From Candidatus Curtissbacteria bacterium RIFCSPLOWO2_12_FULL_41_16 (GTDB taxonomy: Bacteria > Patescibacteriota > Microgenomatia > Curtissbacterales > GWA2-41-24): a stretch of DNA of 64,000 nt. Shown one piece after another: positions 60,183-64,000 of the stretch (positions are counted from its first letter, which is position 1; the number at the start of each line of letters is the position of its first letter). The notes below the pieces were generated by a model. It saw only the letters and a list, made by a program, of their open reading frames with translations, had not been told where the DNA came from and did no database searches. The position numbers and the translations under genes were made by a program. Where the stretch lies: positions 11,988 through 75,987 of the forward strand of contig MFBZ01000029.1 of the NCBI GenBank assembly GCA_001776545.1, in the 5' to 3' direction.

Positions 60183-60902
60183 ATGGAAAGAAAAAACAGC
60201 GAAGAAGATAGCTTATCAGCTGGTCACAACCTTCCCCGAATCGTCTATCAAGAGGGAGTTAATTCAGGGCAAATTCCTTTTTTGATAAAGCTAAAAGGAG
60301 AAAATCTCTGCGCGCTTTTAGAATCAAGGTTTAGTTTCACGCAAGAGCAAATTAGGGGCCTTGCGATCACGATTTCCCCAGAAATCAAAGAGGTCAGGGA
60401 AGAATTCCAGGAAAAATTAATTCTTGGAGAAACGGCACTCAGAAGAAACCCTCAAGGAATAAGAGAAACCACCCTCTACGCCGGAAGTTTGGCCAGATTC
60501 CATGCCGGCCAAAAATCTGAGGTCGCGGAAATGGATTCAGAACAAATTATTTTGGCAAGAACTCAAAGACTGTTTAGCTTAACCCTCCTTCATGAGGCCA
60601 GACATGCTTATGACTTGGATCTTATCGAGCAAGAAGAGAAAAAACTCAAAAAAACTCAAAAAAGGGCGCTGTCTGCTGTCGGAACACGGCTTGCCAGGCT
60701 GGCAGCTAACTTGGCATTGTTGATCCTAAACCGCAAGATTATCGGATCCATGGGTTCAGGCGCTTATACGTTTATTCTCGACAGAAGGCTAAAAAAGTCT
60801 CCTGAATTTCAGGATTTGGAAAATCGCGCGCAAGAAGAAACAAATAATATTACACCCGAATGGACAGAAATCATTGAAATTACCAAAAACCCGACTTTTT
60901 AA
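60183..60902 (+). CDS. hypothetical protein with HExxH motif
   Basis: TLLHEARHAYD; TATAAT 8 nt before the ATG. Confidence 0.65.
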   Translation: MERKNSEEDSLSAGHNLPRIVYQEGVNSGQIPFLIKLKGENLCALLESRFSFTQEQIRGLAITISPEIKEVREEFQEKLILGETALRRNPQGIRETTLYAGSLARFHAGQKSEVAEMDSEQIILARTQRLFSLTLLHEARHAYDLDLIEQEEKKLKKTQKRALSAVGTRLARLAANLALLILNRKIIGSMGSGAYTFILDRRLKKSPEFQDLENRAQEETNNITPEWTEIIEITKNPTF

Positions 60903-60909
60903 ACCATCC

Positions 60910-62610
60910 TTAAAATATTTTGTGAGATAAAAGTTCCTCAAAATACTGGCTTTTGGCTTTTTTAATAGCCGCGAGATTATCCCAGTGGTCGCCTAAAAGT
61001 TTGGCCAAATGCTTACCGCCTACGGTTTCCGGAACCACCACGTAATCTGCGCCAGACTCATAAAGACGAATGGCATCGTGAAGCCAATAGGCAGTCGCAA
61101 TAATTGGTCCTTTGTAATTTTTCCCCTTGGCAAACCTTATAAGATGGATGTTGTCTGAAACATCAGGATCAGTCACTACGATGAGTTTTGCCCGGCCGAA
61201 TTCTAACTCTTCCAAAACCTCTGGATCAGAAATATCACCAAAAACTGCATTATAGCCGGATGCTGTAATTTGTTTAATTATATCGGGATTAAAATCAACA
61301 ACCACGATCTGATTTTTATCGCGAGTCTTAGTTTTTAAAAATTCCAAAATGTCCCAACCCATTTGTTCACCGCCAACCAAAACTAGGTGATCTGTCAGCT
61401 TCTCTCTGTTTAAAACGTATGGTTCGCGAGCTACCTGCGGCAGAACCACTAAAAATGGCTTTTCCAGAAATCGATAGATCCTCTCCCCATAAAGAATTAA
61501 GTAAGAAGAAAGAGCAATCGTTACAATCCCAACGCCGGCCACTAAAGAAAGAGTATCGCCACTTATATGCCCAAGCGCCACCCCTGTTGTCAAAAGTATC
61601 AGAGAAAATTCTGAAATTTGCGCACCGGTCACTGAACTTAAAAAGGCAGTCCTGTTTCTGAAGCCCAACGTTTTCATAATCGCCAGCATTATAAGTGGCT
61701 TACCAAAAAGGATAAATAAAGACAAAACCAGAATATCGACAATCATCACGCGGGATGCCGAAACGGAAATAGAAGCCCCCAGTAAAATAAAGAAGATGAC
61801 GATGAAAAAATCACGAAGTGGCTTGACTCTTGCCGAAATCTGTAAGCGATATGCGGAAGATGCAATGGCCACACCCGCCAAAAATGCCCCGATGGCAATC
61901 GAAAAACCGGCTATTGCGCCTACGGCAGATAACAAAAAGGCCCAAGCAATAGCTGCAACGAATAACAATTCAGTAGAAGTTGAAGTCAACTTAAACAAAA
62001 TGGGCAAAATGAATTTTGAAGCCAAATATGTTAATCCTACTAAAAGTAACCCTTTGACGAAAATCAAAAGAATCGAAAACATCGAAGGAAGATGGCCGCC
62101 TTGACCGAATCCCGACAAAATCATCAAAGCGCTGATGGCTACAAAGTCCTGAGTCAGGAGATAACCAATGGCAATTTTCCCGTATAGGGATTGCAAATCA
62201 TGTTTCTCGGAAAGTAATTTAATGATAATTACTGTCGAAGAAAAAGTAATGGCAAAAGCAATGTAGGCTGCTTCAATTGGACTCTGTCCGAGCCCGGAAA
62301 GTAGAATAAAACCGACAACCAGCGTGAAAAAGATCTGCCCCAAACCCGTAAAAATTGCTGTCTTACCCACGTATTTAAGATCTTGGGTTTTAAGCTCCAC
62401 TCCTACCAAGAAAAGCAGAAACGCGATGCCAAGATTTGAAAGGAGATCAAAAACGGATTTATCAATGTTTTTGAAAAAACCAAAAAGAGAAATAATAATG
62501 CCTGAGAAAATATAGGCGAGAATGAGCGGCTGCTTGAAAGACCGCAGTATAATCCCGATAATTGTGGCCAAAACCAGAACGCTGGCCAGCTCTAAAAAGG
62601 CAGTGGGCAT
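60910..62610 (-). CDS. CPA2 cation:proton antiporter with TrkA-N/KTN domain (Kef-like)
   Basis: LGIAFLLFLVGVEL, SSTVIIIKLL, QD, GAFLAG, QISEFS, FGDISDPEVL. Confidence 0.92.
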   Translation of the reverse strand: MPTAFLELASVLVLATIIGIILRSFKQPLILAYIFSGIIISLFGFFKNIDKSVFDLLSNLGIAFLLFLVGVELKTQDLKYVGKTAIFTGLGQIFFTLVVGFILLSGLGQSPIEAAYIAFAITFSSTVIIIKLLSEKHDLQSLYGKIAIGYLLTQDFVAISALMILSGFGQGGHLPSMFSILLIFVKGLLLVGLTYLASKFILPILFKLTSTSTELLFVAAIAWAFLLSAVGAIAGFSIAIGAFLAGVAIASSAYRLQISARVKPLRDFFIVIFFILLGASISVSASRVMIVDILVLSLFILFGKPLIMLAIMKTLGFRNRTAFLSSVTGAQISEFSLILLTTGVALGHISGDTLSLVAGVGIVTIALSSYLILYGERIYRFLEKPFLVVLPQVAREPYVLNREKLTDHLVLVGGEQMGWDILEFLKTKTRDKNQIVVVDFNPDIIKQITASGYNAVFGDISDPEVLEELEFGRAKLIVVTDPDVSDNIHLIRFAKGKNYKGPIIATAYWLHDAIRLYESGADYVVVPETVGGKHLAKLLGDHWDNLAAIKKAKSQYFEELLSHKIF

Positions 62611-62620
62611 AAACTAGACG

Positions 62621-63466
62621 CTAGTCGCTAGACGCTAGAAAAATCATTGCATTTTTAAGATCCTTTGGCAAGTCTAGGGTAAAAGCAATTTCTTTTTTTG
62701 TCTTAGGATGCCTGAAGGCTAAGAATGCCGCGTGCAAGAAAAGCCGCGGGCACCACAAAAGATCAAATTTAATAAGTTTTCTCGGACAGTAAATCAAATC
62801 AGAAACGATTGGATGGCCAATACTTTTTAAGTGAACACGAATTTGATGAGTCCGGCCGGTTTTGGGAAAAACTTTAAGCAGTGTATAGAAAGTAGCATGT
62901 TTTTCCAAATAATTAATTCGAGATTTAGTCATCCCCTCCAGGGGTCCGACCCCTTCAGGGGTCGGACCCCTAAAGAACTTGTGCTGAAAGTAACTAACCA
63001 TTCGATATTCCGTCCTTGCCTCTCTAGCCTTAGAACCAACACCATTCCAAACCCGGTTTGGAATTGAAGCTACAAACCGGGTTTGGGCAACCCCAAACTT
63101 GCCAAATTTGCCTATCCTGCCGATCTTAGATTCAATAACCCCCGACTCCTCCTTTATTAGTCCATGAACCAAAGCCATATATTCTTTCTCAACTCTCCTT
63201 TCTTTAAATTCCCCTTGCAAGAAATCAAAGGCCTCTTGGGTCTTTGCCACCAAAAGAAGTCCCGAAGTCTCCCGATCCAGTCGATGCACAATCCCCGCCC
63301 GATCTCCAATGCCTGAATCGCCAGGTTTGAGGTGAAAATATCCCGCCAGTTGATCTTGTAACGTCTCTTCACGAATCGTCTCGCTCCGATTCACCACCAG
63401 CCCAGCCAGCTTCTCAACCACTAAAATCTGTCCATCCTCAAAAACAATGCTTGCTCTCTTTAACAT
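62621..63466 (-). CDS. RluA/RluD-family pseudouridine synthase
   Basis: VHRLDRETSG, TGRTHQIRVH, LFLHA; two palindromic in-frame inserts. Confidence 0.93.
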   Translation of the reverse strand: MLKRASIVFEDGQILVVEKLAGLVVNRSETIREETLQDQLAGYFHLKPGDSGIGDRAGIVHRLDRETSGLLLVAKTQEAFDFLQGEFKERRVEKEYMALVHGLIKEESGVIESKIGRIGKFGKFGVAQTRFVASIPNRVWNGVGSKAREARTEYRMVSYFQHKFFRGPTPEGVGPLEGMTKSRINYLEKHATFYTLLKVFPKTGRTHQIRVHLKSIGHPIVSDLIYCPRKLIKFDLLWCPRLFLHAAFLAFRHPKTKKEIAFTLDLPKDLKNAMIFLASSD

Positions 63467-63551
63467 AAGTTAATAGTATCGGGAAGCAAAGCCCCAAGTC
63501 AAAATTCAAACAAGTTGACTTGATAAGCCGATAGTAGTAAAGTCCATTCCT

Positions 63552-64000
63552 ATGGTTGAAACTGGACAAACTCCAAACCCATTAAATGAAAAAGCGGCTG
63601 AACTAGCCAAAAAACTTGGGATTGAAACCCGTGACCTCCAGCCATGGCAAGTAAGCCAAAGTTTGAGTGCTCTGGCAAAAATAAAACTTGCTCAGGAATC
63701 TGGAGCGCCAGATGATGTTATTTCTGACCCAACAAAACTTCATGAATGGTTAAGAAGGCGGGGTCAATTACCAAAAATTGAAACCGTCGGGCAAATTATA
63801 GAATATTTAGACCCAGAACTTCGATTACAACGACAACAGACAGAATTCGCCAGAAGAGAAACAGACTTAAAACAGGAGATAGCGCATCTAAAATTACAAG
63901 TAGATAGACTAACAGTAAGAGAGCAATACCTAGCAGACCTGACTACACAGTTAAGAAACAAGCTAGAGAGTGCTCAAAGAGAGCTAGCTGGATTACGTAT
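63552..64000 (+). CDS. hypothetical coiled-coil protein (3' truncated by window)
   Basis: ATG 63552, open to the end of the window; TTGACT-17-TAAAGT 8 nt upstream. Confidence 0.65.
   Translation, partial: MVETGQTPNPLNEKAAELAKKLGIETRDLQPWQVSQSLSALAKIKLAQESGAPDDVISDPTKLHEWLRRRGQLPKIETVGQIIEYLDPELRLQRQQTEFARRETDLKQEIAHLKLQVDRLTVREQYLADLTTQLRNKLESAQRELAGLR

Overview
This is a chromosomal segment from a host-dependent Patescibacteria/CPR-type bacterium. Gene content and style suggest the Microgenomates group (inference); TGA is used as a stop, so the code is standard table 11. Housekeeping genes: thrS(3' end)-infC-rpmI-rplT, pheST, a class A PBP, tyrS, recG, rpmF-nusB-acp-rnc-rpsP-khpA-trmD, holB-like, gyrB/gyrA, carAB, a Xer recombinase, pyrH, ruvC, yebC, a CPA2 antiporter and an RluA-family synthase. 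A minus-strand type IV pilus cluster (pilB, pilT, pilC, major pilin, pilD, four minor pilins, pilMNO; no pilQ in the window) is split by a block of four GT-C-like membrane glycosyltransferases (YfhO, DUF2723/TMEM260-like, two others) and a methyltransferase. The main non-obvious signal is a dense set of short repeats. (i) A RAYT-type HUH transposase is flanked by inverted 33-53 bp palindromes that recur elsewhere in the window. (ii) At least five palindrome families are inserted in frame into RecG, CarA, CarB, the AclB-like subunit, Ccl and RluA. (iii) About a dozen degenerate 6-8-mer tandem arrays occur, many paired with a reverse-complement array, and some contribute start codons or protein sequence. 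Also notable: a three-gene split ATP-citrate-lyase-like module, a tail-anchored FabD, an ACP lacking its attachment serine, a sigma70-region-4/alphaCTD-like fusion, a frameshifted solitary pilin, a duplicated pilM 5' end, a probable GTC start for infC, widespread near-leaderless genes and a dif-like site. No tRNA, rRNA or CRISPR array was found. All calls come from reading the sequence by eye; no searches were run.
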